This document shows positions 50,727 through 60,002 of a stretch of 64,000 nt of DNA, one piece after another. The notes beneath the pieces were generated by a model that was given only the letters and a program-made list of their open reading frames with translations, made no database searches and was not told the origin of the DNA. How positions within the stretch are numbered: position 1 is the first letter of the stretch; each line of letters begins with the position of its first letter. The position numbers and the translations under genes were made by a program. The stretch spans positions 111,809 through 175,808 of the forward strand of contig CAWKAR010000045.1 in the NCBI GenBank assembly GCA_963847625.1. Direction: 5' to 3'. Origin of the DNA: a candidate division FCPU426 bacterium. Its GTDB lineage: Bacteria > Oederibacteriota > Muellerivitia > Muellerivitales > Muellerivitaceae.

Positions 50727-51794
50727 ATGATAAACGAAAACAAAGCCAGGTCGACCTTAAAACAAATCGCAAAGTTTTGCGGTGTATCCCATACGACCGT
50801 TTCCATGGTCATCAACCAGAATCCCCGGATATCCTCGGAAACCCGAGAAAAGGTCATGGCGGCCATTAAGAAGTTCAATTATTACCCCAACGTGGCTGCG
50901 CGAAGCCTAGTCATGTCACGAACCAACACCATCGGCATCTTCGGCACCATGTTCGATTCACCCTATTACAACGAAATCATTCGCGGTATCGAGATGGAAT
51001 GCCGTCACGCTAATGTGGACCTTAAAATTTACAATTGCAACGGGAGCCTTGAGGATTTCAACGATATCTACGACCGAATCTTGGGTGAGCGCCGGATTGA
51101 CGCGATCATTGCATTATCAGTGCCAATGGAGGACGCAGTTTTAGAGCGTTTCCAGAAGGAGGAATTACCCCTCATCATCCTTCAACCGGTCGCCATTGAA
51201 GGGCCCAACCACCTGTTGGAAAACATCCCCACCCTCCAGGCCGAGGACCGGAAGGGAATCTACAAAGCGATTTCCTACCTCATTTCCCTGGGACATAAAA
51301 AAATCGGATTTATCAACGGGCCCGAACACCTTAAAATTTGCCAGGACCGCCTGACCGGGTACCGGGACGCTCTGAGGGACAACAACATACCCTTTCAGGA
51401 TTATTTCGTGGCTTACTCTCATTTGCGGCCAGACGCCTTCACCATGGATGCGGGATACCAGTTGTCCAAGGACCTTTTAGATCAACTTCCCGACATGACG
51501 GCCATTTGTTGCGTGTCCGACACCATGGCCATCGGGGTGATTAAGGCAGCTCGCCAAAAAGGCCGTTCCGTTCCCGAGGATTTATCCATCATAGGTTTTG
51601 ACGACACTTATGTCGCCCGCTTGGCCGATCCCTCCCTGACCACACTCCATCAACCCCTTCTCGAAATGGGAAAATCATCGGTTACCATAGCCCATTCAAT
51701 TCTAAACAAAAAAAATATCGAATATCTCCACCGGGGGTTCGACGTGGAACTCATCATCCGGGAATCCACCGCCAAGCCCCGTAAAAAACCTTAA
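50727..51794 (+). CDS. LacI family transcriptional regulator
   Basis: TLKQIAKFCGVSHTTVS, YYPNVAARSL, VPEDLSIIGFDD, LIIRES. Confidence 0.95.
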   Translation: MINENKARSTLKQIAKFCGVSHTTVSMVINQNPRISSETREKVMAAIKKFNYYPNVAARSLVMSRTNTIGIFGTMFDSPYYNEIIRGIEMECRHANVDLKIYNCNGSLEDFNDIYDRILGERRIDAIIALSVPMEDAVLERFQKEELPLIILQPVAIEGPNHLLENIPTLQAEDRKGIYKAISYLISLGHKKIGFINGPEHLKICQDRLTGYRDALRDNNIPFQDYFVAYSHLRPDAFTMDAGYQLSKDLLDQLPDMTAICCVSDTMAIGVIKAARQKGRSVPEDLSIIGFDDTYVARLADPSLTTLHQPLLEMGKSSVTIAHSILNKKNIEYLHRGFDVELIIRESTAKPRKKP

Positions 51795-51830
51795 AGTTTC
51801 TTCCAGGGATTTTTTGGTTCCTTCCGTATA

Positions 51831-53468
51831 ATGTCGATCATGCCAAATAACCTTTCTTTTTCCAAACGCCTTATCCTTTCAATGTTAAGTGCCGGGTTGG
51901 TTTGGTTTAGTTTTCCTAATGCTTTCGCGAAAACCCTCCATCCTTGGGGGGCTCCTCTTGCCTGGATCGCCTTGGTCCCTCTTTTTATCGCCTTGAATGA
52001 AATGCCTCCCAAACGGGCGGCTATATTGGGATGGGTTTTTGGTTTTTTTCAATTCGCTTCAATCCTCTATTGGATTGCCATTCTGGAGGAAGCCAAGGAA
52101 TTGGGGCCCTTGGCATGGGCCGCGTTGGTTTCATACTTAAGCCTTTTTTTTCTGGTATTCGGTTGGGGATACGCCTGGCTGTCCCGAAAGATCAATGGCT
52201 CCGGTGTCTGGATCGCGCCTTTCCTTTGGACCGCTTTAGAATATATCCGCGGAACCCGTCCCTGGGGGGGTTTCAATTGGGGGGAAATCGGCTATAGCCA
52301 GGCACCCTATCCCCCTATCCTTTATTTGACTTCTTTTACGGGTGAGTATGGCCTGACTTTTTTGATCGTTTGGACGAATCTTTCCATAGCCCGGTTTTTG
52401 ATAGAATTTATGGCACCGAAAAAATTGCCAAAACCCGATTTAGGAATTCGAAGTATTTTAAGAATTCCATTCCTTCTTCCTGTGGCGTTTCTTATCGTGT
52501 TTTTGACCCTAGGACAGACAGCGAAAGAAAAGAAGGATTTGAAAAAGAGAGGAACCGTCGTCCTCCTTCAGCCTTGCATCGATCAATCCGTAAAGTGGAG
52601 CCGATCTTATGAGGATGAAACCTATAAACGGTTTGATAAACTAATTCAAGATTGTGCGTCACATCACCCGGACTTGATCCTATGGCCCGAAACAGGGGCT
52701 CCAAGTTTCCTTCGGTGGAACCCCAAAGCCCTTCGGGAAGTCACGAACATTGTTTTGCGGTCAAAAACACCTCAGTTAGTGGGCTGTTTGGATTTATCGC
52801 GTGGAAAACCGGGAACTATCCTTTACTACAATGCGGCCATCCATTTTGGGCCGGATGGAAAGATCCTGGGGGTTTACTGCAAGAGGCATTTAGTTCCGTT
52901 TGGCGAATTCATGCCTTTCCAGAAATATTTCTCCTTCCTGGGTCCGATAGTGCAAAGCCTCGGAACCTTTGAACCGGGCCCCTCCTACATGAAATTCCCG
53001 GCAAGGACATTTACTTATTCCCCCACCATATGTTATGAAGCGACTTTCCCGGGGGATGTCCAAAAAGCCCTCGAAAATGGGGCGGATGCATTGGTCAGCA
53101 TCAGCAACGATGCTTGGTATGGGCGGACCGCGGCTGCGTTCCAGCATGCCTTGATGGAAGTTGTGCGAACAGTTGAGGAAAGAAGGCCGCTCTTGAGAGC
53201 GGCCAACACGGGGATATCCCTGGTTACAGATCCGTATGGAAACATTTTGAATTCAACGGAGTTGTTCAAACAAGGATTTTTGTTGGAAGATGTTTGGGTT
53301 GCCGGGAATAATACTACGTTATTTTCACTCTACGGAAATTGGTTTCCATGGGTTTGTTGGTTGGTGACTATGATTGCTTTTTTATTTTCCACCGTAAGGA
53401 GGAAAATAAATTCCGCATCGGAGGGAGTGGAAACCCAACTTGTTCCACAATCGAATGAAAAAAACTAA
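51831..53468 (+). CDS. lnt: Apolipoprotein N-acyltransferase
   Basis: TM N-terminus; WPE, KRHLVPFGE, ICYE, SNDAWYG, RAANTGIS. Confidence 0.95.
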   Translation: MSIMPNNLSFSKRLILSMLSAGLVWFSFPNAFAKTLHPWGAPLAWIALVPLFIALNEMPPKRAAILGWVFGFFQFASILYWIAILEEAKELGPLAWAALVSYLSLFFLVFGWGYAWLSRKINGSGVWIAPFLWTALEYIRGTRPWGGFNWGEIGYSQAPYPPILYLTSFTGEYGLTFLIVWTNLSIARFLIEFMAPKKLPKPDLGIRSILRIPFLLPVAFLIVFLTLGQTAKEKKDLKKRGTVVLLQPCIDQSVKWSRSYEDETYKRFDKLIQDCASHHPDLILWPETGAPSFLRWNPKALREVTNIVLRSKTPQLVGCLDLSRGKPGTILYYNAAIHFGPDGKILGVYCKRHLVPFGEFMPFQKYFSFLGPIVQSLGTFEPGPSYMKFPARTFTYSPTICYEATFPGDVQKALENGADALVSISNDAWYGRTAAAFQHALMEVVRTVEERRPLLRAANTGISLVTDPYGNILNSTELFKQGFLLEDVWVAGNNTTLFSLYGNWFPWVCWLVTMIAFLFSTVRRKINSASEGVETQLVPQSNEKN

Positions 53469-53572
53469 AGTTAAACATATTCCATATGGATTCCCGTGAA
53501 AAAATCCAAAAAATCGAGAAAGTGATCATCGACGCTTAACGGTATTATTCGAGGAGTTATAAACTTGGCAGC

Positions 53573-54628
53573 TTATATGGGATGGAGGCCGCGTTTAGTG
53601 AGGCCGGTGGTTTCATCCAAACCAAACATCAAATTCATGTTCTGGACCCCAACTTGGGCACCGCCTTTGCCGATGCTATCCAAAACGCTGAAAACGACGA
53701 TGCGGCCCCGGGTTTCGTCCAAATCCAACCCGATAAAATTGAAATTCGTGCCGGAAACACTATTGACCCAGGGGTACGGTTTATATTGCCAGGAAACCCC
53801 CTCTTCTTTCGGAAGGTCCCAAATTTTAACGAAATACTCGTTTTTGTAGAATTCCTTGAATAAGTCCAATAATTTACTGCGGGTTATTTTTCGAGTTGGG
53901 AACGCGTGGCAAATATCGAGGATTCCGCGCACAATCGGTACGTAAATGGGAGTGAAGTTGATTTTGACTTTTTTCTTTGAGAGTAAACTTAATTCCTGCT
54001 CCATTTCGAAGGTGTGCCGGTGGCCCACGACGTTGTAAGGAATAAGGTTATTGCCAATTTCGGCGTGATGGGCGGGTCGGGAAAGGTCCGCGCCGATTCC
54101 CGCTGTCCCTGAAAGACCGTCCACCACAAGTGTTGAAGTGTCCACCAAGCCTTCGTTAATGAGGGGCGCAAAGCCAAGGATGGCGGCAGAAGCGAAACAA
54201 CCTGGGTTCGCGATCAAGCGGGCGTTTTTAATCTCTTCCCGATGCAATTCCGGGATCCCATAAATGGCTTCTTGGGCTAATTTCCAGGCCTTGTGTTTTT
54301 TCTTATATACCTTTTCCCACAAAACCCTGTCTGAAAGTCGAAAGTCAGCACCCAGGTCAATGACTTTGGTTCCTTCCTTGATGAATTTTGGAGCCAATTC
54401 AATCGGCACACCGGTGGGGAGGGCCATGAAAACAACGTCGCAAGGGGTGAGTTGCTCCGGCCGAATGAACCGAAAACCGGAATCATAAAGGTTTGGATGG
54501 TAGTCGGCCACATTTGCATCGCTTCGACTGGTGGCCCAACAGATTTCAACTTCCGGATGGTCCATCAAAGTGCGAAGAACCTCTCCGCCCATGTAACCGC
54601 TTGCCCCGTAAATACCAACTTTTATCAT
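53573..54628 (-). CDS. argC: N-acetyl-gamma-glutamyl-phosphate reductase
   Basis: GASGYMG, DLGADFRL, YGIPEL, IANPGCF, HRH..E, KGGA. Confidence 0.95.
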   Translation of the reverse strand: MIKVGIYGASGYMGGEVLRTLMDHPEVEICWATSRSDANVADYHPNLYDSGFRFIRPEQLTPCDVVFMALPTGVPIELAPKFIKEGTKVIDLGADFRLSDRVLWEKVYKKKHKAWKLAQEAIYGIPELHREEIKNARLIANPGCFASAAILGFAPLINEGLVDTSTLVVDGLSGTAGIGADLSRPAHHAEIGNNLIPYNVVGHRHTFEMEQELSLLSKKKVKINFTPIYVPIVRGILDICHAFPTRKITRSKLLDLFKEFYKNEYFVKIWDLPKEEGVSWQYKPYPWVNSVSGTNFNFIGLDLDETRGRIVVFSVLDSIGKGGAQVGVQNMNLMFGLDETTGLTKRGLHPI

Positions 54629-54700
54629 CGAAAACCCCTTTACTTTTCACAGGGACTGACCATGAATAAGGGTCAATCCCGAATATTCGGTTAATAACGA

Positions 54701-54776
54701 TGGTGACCCCAACGGGAGTCGAACCCGTGTTGCCGGGATGAAAACCCGGCGTCCTAGGCCTCTAGACGATGGGGTC
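54701..54776 (-). tRNA. tRNA-Glu (TTC)
   Basis: Reverse complement GACCCCATCGTCTAGAGGCCTAGGACGCCGGGTTTTCATCCCGGCAACACGGGTTCGACTCCCGTTGGGGTCACCA; anticodon TTC; encoded CCA. Confidence 0.96.
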
Positions 54777-55283
54777 GTCCATAAAACACATTAAAAAAGG
54801 CTTAAAAGAAAGCAAATTTTAGGTGACAGGGGTAGGGAAGTCAAGAAAGGATGAAGAACGGGTATTTTATTCGTCGACGGATGGAAACCTGGCTTGAAAT
54901 TCTGGGAATGTAGATCCGGATTTCAATTTCTAAAACGAAAGATTATCCCAATGAAGAGAAGCTGAAATGTACGAGAAAAATGGTTGTATATAACATTTTT
55001 TATTCCATTTTTTAAAGTCAAAGAAATATGAAAAGAGCGTTTAGAAATCGGCTTTCTGGAGAATTCGCACGCAAAAAACGCTATTTGAGTATGCAATAAT
55101 GAATCCGATTTTGCCACAATTAGACCCAAGGGGGTTCCATCATTGAAAGGAAGAGAAAAATCTAAAATAAATGGCTTTCTTGCCACTTGTCGTGGTTTCT
55201 TTATCATGAAAACCGGATGACGATTCATCCATCTCCCGCTATGATACAACCCTGTTTATGTCATCTTTTTCGAGGAGCCTCGA

Positions 55284-55808
55284 ATGTTTCAAAAATCAAT
55301 CCTGATTTTTCTTTGTAGTGTATTAATACTTACATTGTTCACAGGGATCGCCATGGCAAAGAAAAAAAAGAAGGCTAAGGTCAATCCGAAAGTCGCGTTT
55401 GAAACAACCCAGGGCGCATTCAAGGTTGAACTGTTTTCCGATGTGCCCACCACAACTAAGAATTTCGTTGATTTGGTTTCATCCGGTTTTTATAACGGAT
55501 TGACTTTTCACCGTTATGTCCCCGGTTTCGTGATCCAGGGTGGAGATCCGACAGGAACAGGCAATGGGGGATCAGGCAAAACCATTCCGCTGGAAATAAC
55601 TTCCCACCAGCATGTTGCGGGGGCCTTGGGCATGGCGCGTTCCTCTGATCCCAATTCGGCTTCCAGCCAATTTTATATTTGCTTGGCAGACGCCCCCAAT
55701 TTGAACGGCGGTTACACGGCTTTTGGCCGAGTCCTTGAAGGAATGGATAATGTCCTAAAATTACGGCAAGGCGATAAAATGACCAAAGTCATCCTCCTTT
55801 CAAAGTAA
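55284..55808 (+). CDS. Cyclophilin-type peptidyl-prolyl isomerase with signal peptide
   Basis: [42 protein letters not shown]. Confidence 0.95.
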   Translation: MFQKSILIFLCSVLILTLFTGIAMAKKKKKAKVNPKVAFETTQGAFKVELFSDVPTTTKNFVDLVSSGFYNGLTFHRYVPGFVIQGGDPTGTGNGGSGKTIPLEITSHQHVAGALGMARSSDPNSASSQFYICLADAPNLNGGYTAFGRVLEGMDNVLKLRQGDKMTKVILLSK

Positions 55809-55880
55809 ATCGGCCGTAGAGTAATCGGAAGTTTTTAAAATTTTGAATTTAATTGCTGAATGAAAGTGGGTTAATTTAAT

Positions 55881-56918
55881 ATGGCCATTACCATCAAAGA
55901 TGTAGCCCAAAAAGCCGGTGTTTCAGTCGCGACTGTCTCGAGGGTAGTCAACCAGAAGGATATCCATAAGGTCGGCCAGAAGACCCAGCAACGAATCGAA
56001 AAAATCCTCAAGGAACTGGGTTATTACCCCAACACCATGGCCCGGGGACTAAAAACCCGTAAAACCTACAATATCGGTGTTGTTTTTTTCTGGTACGACA
56101 AACCTTCTTTAAGCGATTTCTACCTGACCCGGGTCCTGGACGGCGTCATTAGTTTTATTAGTGAGAAGAAATATAACATCCTCATGAACACTTTCAGTCG
56201 GAACATCCAAAACGAGGGTGTATACGCCAATTTTGTCAATTCAGGGCTGGTGGATGGTGTGCTGGCCATCGCTCCCCCGGTGGAATCCTGCTTTTACCGG
56301 GATTTGAAGCAAGGGGCGCTGCCTTACGTTCTCGTGAACTACCAGGTAAACGACCCTGACGTTTGTTTTGTGGATTGCCTGAATACCCAGGGCATCATTG
56401 ACGTTGTGGATCACTTGATTTCGTTGGATCACAAGCGAATCGGGTTTATCGCGGGGGATATCCAGTATTCCAAGAACTCACTGGACCGGTTTAATGCGTT
56501 CACATATATCATGAAAAAACGGGGTCTTCATTACCATGAGGAACACGTTTATTATGGAAACTGGAACGAATCGAGCGGTATGAAGGCCATCGAGACTATT
56601 TGGAAAACAAAAAATCCGCCCACCGCGGTGATCGCCTCAAACGATATGATGGCCCTGGGCGCCATCAAGCAGCTACGAAAGCAGGGGATAAGAGTCCCTC
56701 AGGATGTGGCCGTGGTGGGTTTCGATGATCTGGCGACCGAATCCGGCTTGACCACCGTCCATCAACCGGCCTATGACATGGGTTACGAGGCCGCAAGGAT
56801 GCTTTGGAACCAGATTGAAAAAAGACCGTTGGAGTACACCCACCGTTTTTTCCCTACCCGGTTGGTGGTCCGTGAAAGTTGCGGGTATTACTTGCGAAAT
56901 CCTCGGGAGAAACAGTAA
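55881..56918 (+). CDS. LacI family transcriptional regulator
   Basis: TIKDVAQKAGVSVATVSRV, VPQDVAVVGFDD, LVVRES. Confidence 0.95.
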   Translation: MAITIKDVAQKAGVSVATVSRVVNQKDIHKVGQKTQQRIEKILKELGYYPNTMARGLKTRKTYNIGVVFFWYDKPSLSDFYLTRVLDGVISFISEKKYNILMNTFSRNIQNEGVYANFVNSGLVDGVLAIAPPVESCFYRDLKQGALPYVLVNYQVNDPDVCFVDCLNTQGIIDVVDHLISLDHKRIGFIAGDIQYSKNSLDRFNAFTYIMKKRGLHYHEEHVYYGNWNESSGMKAIETIWKTKNPPTAVIASNDMMALGAIKQLRKQGIRVPQDVAVVGFDDLATESGLTTVHQPAYDMGYEAARMLWNQIEKRPLEYTHRFFPTRLVVRESCGYYLRNPREKQ

Positions 56919-56930
56919 AAAAGCGCTTTT
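56919..56930. promoter_or_regulatory. Candidate LacI-type operator
   Basis: Perfect palindrome AAAAGCGCTTTT with central CG, between the LacI gene and the glycoside hydrolase gene. Confidence 0.35.
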
Positions 56931-56999
56931 GCTTTATCCGCTTTTATAAATAACCAAACCGTAGTTTGACATTGAACCAACTTTTGAAAAGGAGTATAT

Positions 57000-59894
57000 A
57001 TGCGTCCCGTGAAAACGACTAAAGCTTTTTTAATTTCTGCTCTTCTTGCCGCTTTGACGGCACCTGCCTGGGGTGATTTTACTGTTGAAATTTCCGACAC
57101 ATCCACCCCCATCCGAATCGACGGTGATCTTTCCGACTGGACTGCGCCTCCCGCCATTACCTTCGATAAAAAGGAACAAGTGGTAAGCGGCCAAAACGAT
57201 TGGAATTCAAGCGCCGATTTAAGGGCCAGTATTTTCTTATCCTATGACAAGGACAACCTGTATGTCGGCGCCGACATTACCAGCAAGACTCCTCAGTTTA
57301 ACGCCCAGGAGGGGAATAACTTATACAACGGCGATAACTTAGAGCTTTACACGGGGACTGATTTAACTAATCCAAAGCGCACCACATATGCTCCCACGGA
57401 CGTTCAATTATTTATTTCCCCAGGTAAAAATGGGGAGAATCCTGCAGTTTTTAGCGCCACTGACAAGGCCCCTATACCAAACGCGAAAGTTGCTACGAAA
57501 CTAACTAAGACGGGTTATACGTTGGAAGCATCCATCCCCCTGAAATTTTTCTATAAGATCAACGTCGGCCCAGGTAAAACCATAGGTTTCGATTGCGCCT
57601 TGGACGATGTGGGTGCCTCCTCCAAAGCCCGGGACCTTCAGATGTGTTGGACCCAGCAACCCAATAGCTGGCAAGATGCCTCCCAATTTGGGACCTTAAC
57701 TTTCAAAGGAAACACGGTTTACGTCAATTCCGAGCCCAAAGTGGCAATGCCGAACGCAGCCGCAAATCAGGAACTGGACCCGAAGGCTGGAGCTAAAAAC
57801 GCATCGACCGACGGGGTATTGCTTTGGGGGTTCAACGGGGATTTGGGTGGCTTCAGCGGTTCAGTGAGCCTAACCACTGATATTACCAGCGAAGGGACAG
57901 GGGCACTTTTGATCAACGCTGATGGTTCTCAGGGTTGGAACCAGAACCTCGCACTCACTGCTGATATACCGTCCGCGGATAAATGGACAGAATTGAAATT
58001 GATCACTTTGGATGTCTATTTCCCCGTAGGAAGCCTCGCAAAATCTAATTACACCGAAGTTTACCTGGTTACCCAGAGCCAAGCTAATAATTGGAACGAG
58101 ATTAAAATGAAAGCCCAGGAGGGCTGGAACCATTTTAAAAACGAAGTGGATGCAAGCCAGTTCAAGGGCATCTACAAAATGTATATCGTCCTCAATTCGG
58201 GCGGACCCATCCAGGGTTCCGTCATTGTTGACAATATTAGGGGAGTCTATAAAGGCGCCACTGCGGAATTAAAGGGGACTGTGTCGGCCCAAGACGGTAA
58301 GCCCATTTCTGGCGTAATCATTGCGGTATCAAAAAAACTGGTGAATTCCGCTGCTGACGGAACATTCGACATGAATATTCCCTCTGACGAGTACACTGCG
58401 GAGGCTTTCTGCCCTGGTTTCGATCCTTATAAGGAAAATATCAAAGTCAATTCAAATGGCGTGAATACCTGGAACCCGGTACTGAAACCCAGTGAAGCTA
58501 TCGTAAAATCGGTAGTGGCGGATGTTTATTTCGACAAGAAAGTGCGAACCATCAACCCGCATTATATTTTCGGAAACAACTTGGCGGCTTGGGACACCCC
58601 TAAGTGGTATACCGACCCAATTGCCGTGGAAAGAGTAAAGGCTATCACCTCTTATATCCGGGTACCCGGGGGAGCTTACGGAAATATTTGGGATTGGAAA
58701 ACCGGCCAGGTCATGCAAAAGGACGGGGTGTCCATTTCCTGGACGCCTGATTTTCGCTGGCCTGATATGGTGGATTTCCTGAAGAAGAATAATTTCGAGC
58801 CCATTTTAATCGCAAATATCATGACCCGGGATGTCCAGTACTGCCTGGACTGGATCGCGGACGCGAAAGCCAGGGGTTTGAACGTCAAGTATGTTGAAAT
58901 GGGGAACGAGCCCGATTACGAGCCCGATATGTCCTACCAAGGCCAGAACCAGTACTGGACAGTCATCGATAATTATTGCAAGCATTACCTGGAGTTCGCG
59001 AAGGCCATCCGCGCGAAATATCCTGAGATTAAACTCATGGGTCCCGCCTGTGCCCAGGTATCGAACCGGGAAAGGAAGGAAGGCTCCCCCTGGCTCGCCA
59101 CCGATGCTTCCCCATGGTGGGTTGAGAAATTCCTTGAGGAGTGCGGTGCTTACGTGGACGTGGTTTCCGTTCACACCTACCCCTATTGGAATAACGACAG
59201 CGACTCGGCCCTATTATCCAAGGAAAACCTATGGCAGGAATATGTGCCTAAAATCCGGGAAGCGATTAAGAAGAACATTCCCGACCGTTACAACCAAATT
59301 GAAATCTCCGTCAGCGAATGGAATTCCGGGGATGAGAATTCCACGACCGCTCGTTTGGTCAACGGTGTTTTTTGCGCTGATTTCATAGGCCAAATGATGT
59401 TATGGGGTATTAACCAAACGAATATTTGGGATTTATACACTCAAAAGCCGGGTCAAGGGGGGGGGCATGGGGTTTTGGATCCCATGAACGATCCGGACAG
59501 GCCTTACGCCGAGCGTTCAAGTTACTGGTCACTTTACATGTTGGAGCATTATTTCGGGACCACAATGTACCAAGCTGTTTCATCCAACTCGGACTACCTT
59601 TCTGTTTACGCCAGTTCGGACGGGAAAAAGAAATATTTGTTGTTCGTGAACAAAGATCCCAAGTACACCTTCAAAACTTCTGTGAATATGGGGAAAAGCG
59701 TCAAGGGTAAGATGAAACTGGACTTTTACCGGTTAAGTTCCAAGGAATACCAGTGGAGTGAAAACCTATACCGTGCTGTTATCAACACAGGCCCATCCCA
59801 CCTGAAGGGGAACTTGGCCGTGGGAAGCCATTTTGAGGCCTCTTTCCCGCCATACTCCATCACCTGTATTGAGATGACTCCTGCCAAGAAATAA
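57000..59894 (+). CDS. Exported modular clan GH-A glycoside hydrolase with CBM9-like N-terminal domain
   Basis: Signal peptide; IDGDLSDW...YDKDNLY..GYTLEASIP (CBM9-like); Ig-like linker; IRVPGG, EMGNEPD, VSEWN catalytic motifs. Confidence 0.75.
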   Translation: MRPVKTTKAFLISALLAALTAPAWGDFTVEISDTSTPIRIDGDLSDWTAPPAITFDKKEQVVSGQNDWNSSADLRASIFLSYDKDNLYVGADITSKTPQFNAQEGNNLYNGDNLELYTGTDLTNPKRTTYAPTDVQLFISPGKNGENPAVFSATDKAPIPNAKVATKLTKTGYTLEASIPLKFFYKINVGPGKTIGFDCALDDVGASSKARDLQMCWTQQPNSWQDASQFGTLTFKGNTVYVNSEPKVAMPNAAANQELDPKAGAKNASTDGVLLWGFNGDLGGFSGSVSLTTDITSEGTGALLINADGSQGWNQNLALTADIPSADKWTELKLITLDVYFPVGSLAKSNYTEVYLVTQSQANNWNEIKMKAQEGWNHFKNEVDASQFKGIYKMYIVLNSGGPIQGSVIVDNIRGVYKGATAELKGTVSAQDGKPISGVIIAVSKKLVNSAADGTFDMNIPSDEYTAEAFCPGFDPYKENIKVNSNGVNTWNPVLKPSEAIVKSVVADVYFDKKVRTINPHYIFGNNLAAWDTPKWYTDPIAVERVKAITSYIRVPGGAYGNIWDWKTGQVMQKDGVSISWTPDFRWPDMVDFLKKNNFEPILIANIMTRDVQYCLDWIADAKARGLNVKYVEMGNEPDYEPDMSYQGQNQYWTVIDNYCKHYLEFAKAIRAKYPEIKLMGPACAQVSNRERKEGSPWLATDASPWWVEKFLEECGAYVDVVSVHTYPYWNNDSDSALLSKENLWQEYVPKIREAIKKNIPDRYNQIEISVSEWNSGDENSTTARLVNGVFCADFIGQMMLWGINQTNIWDLYTQKPGQGGGHGVLDPMNDPDRPYAERSSYWSLYMLEHYFGTTMYQAVSSNSDYLSVYASSDGKKKYLLFVNKDPKYTFKTSVNMGKSVKGKMKLDFYRLSSKEYQWSENLYRAVINTGPSHLKGNLAVGSHFEASFPPYSITCIEMTPAKK

Positions 59895-60002
59895 CGCCTT
59901 TTCAGTGCGTAAAAGTGCCGGAAAAGTGACAAATTTCTTGGCCTGGGAAAACCCGTGTGTTAAATTGTTTTTCACGAGTTTTCTCTGAAGGAGCCTCCCT
60001 CC

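Noticed and set aside
54701..55280. Genomic island at tRNA-Glu
   Set aside because: No integrase and no duplicated tRNA 3' end found in the window.
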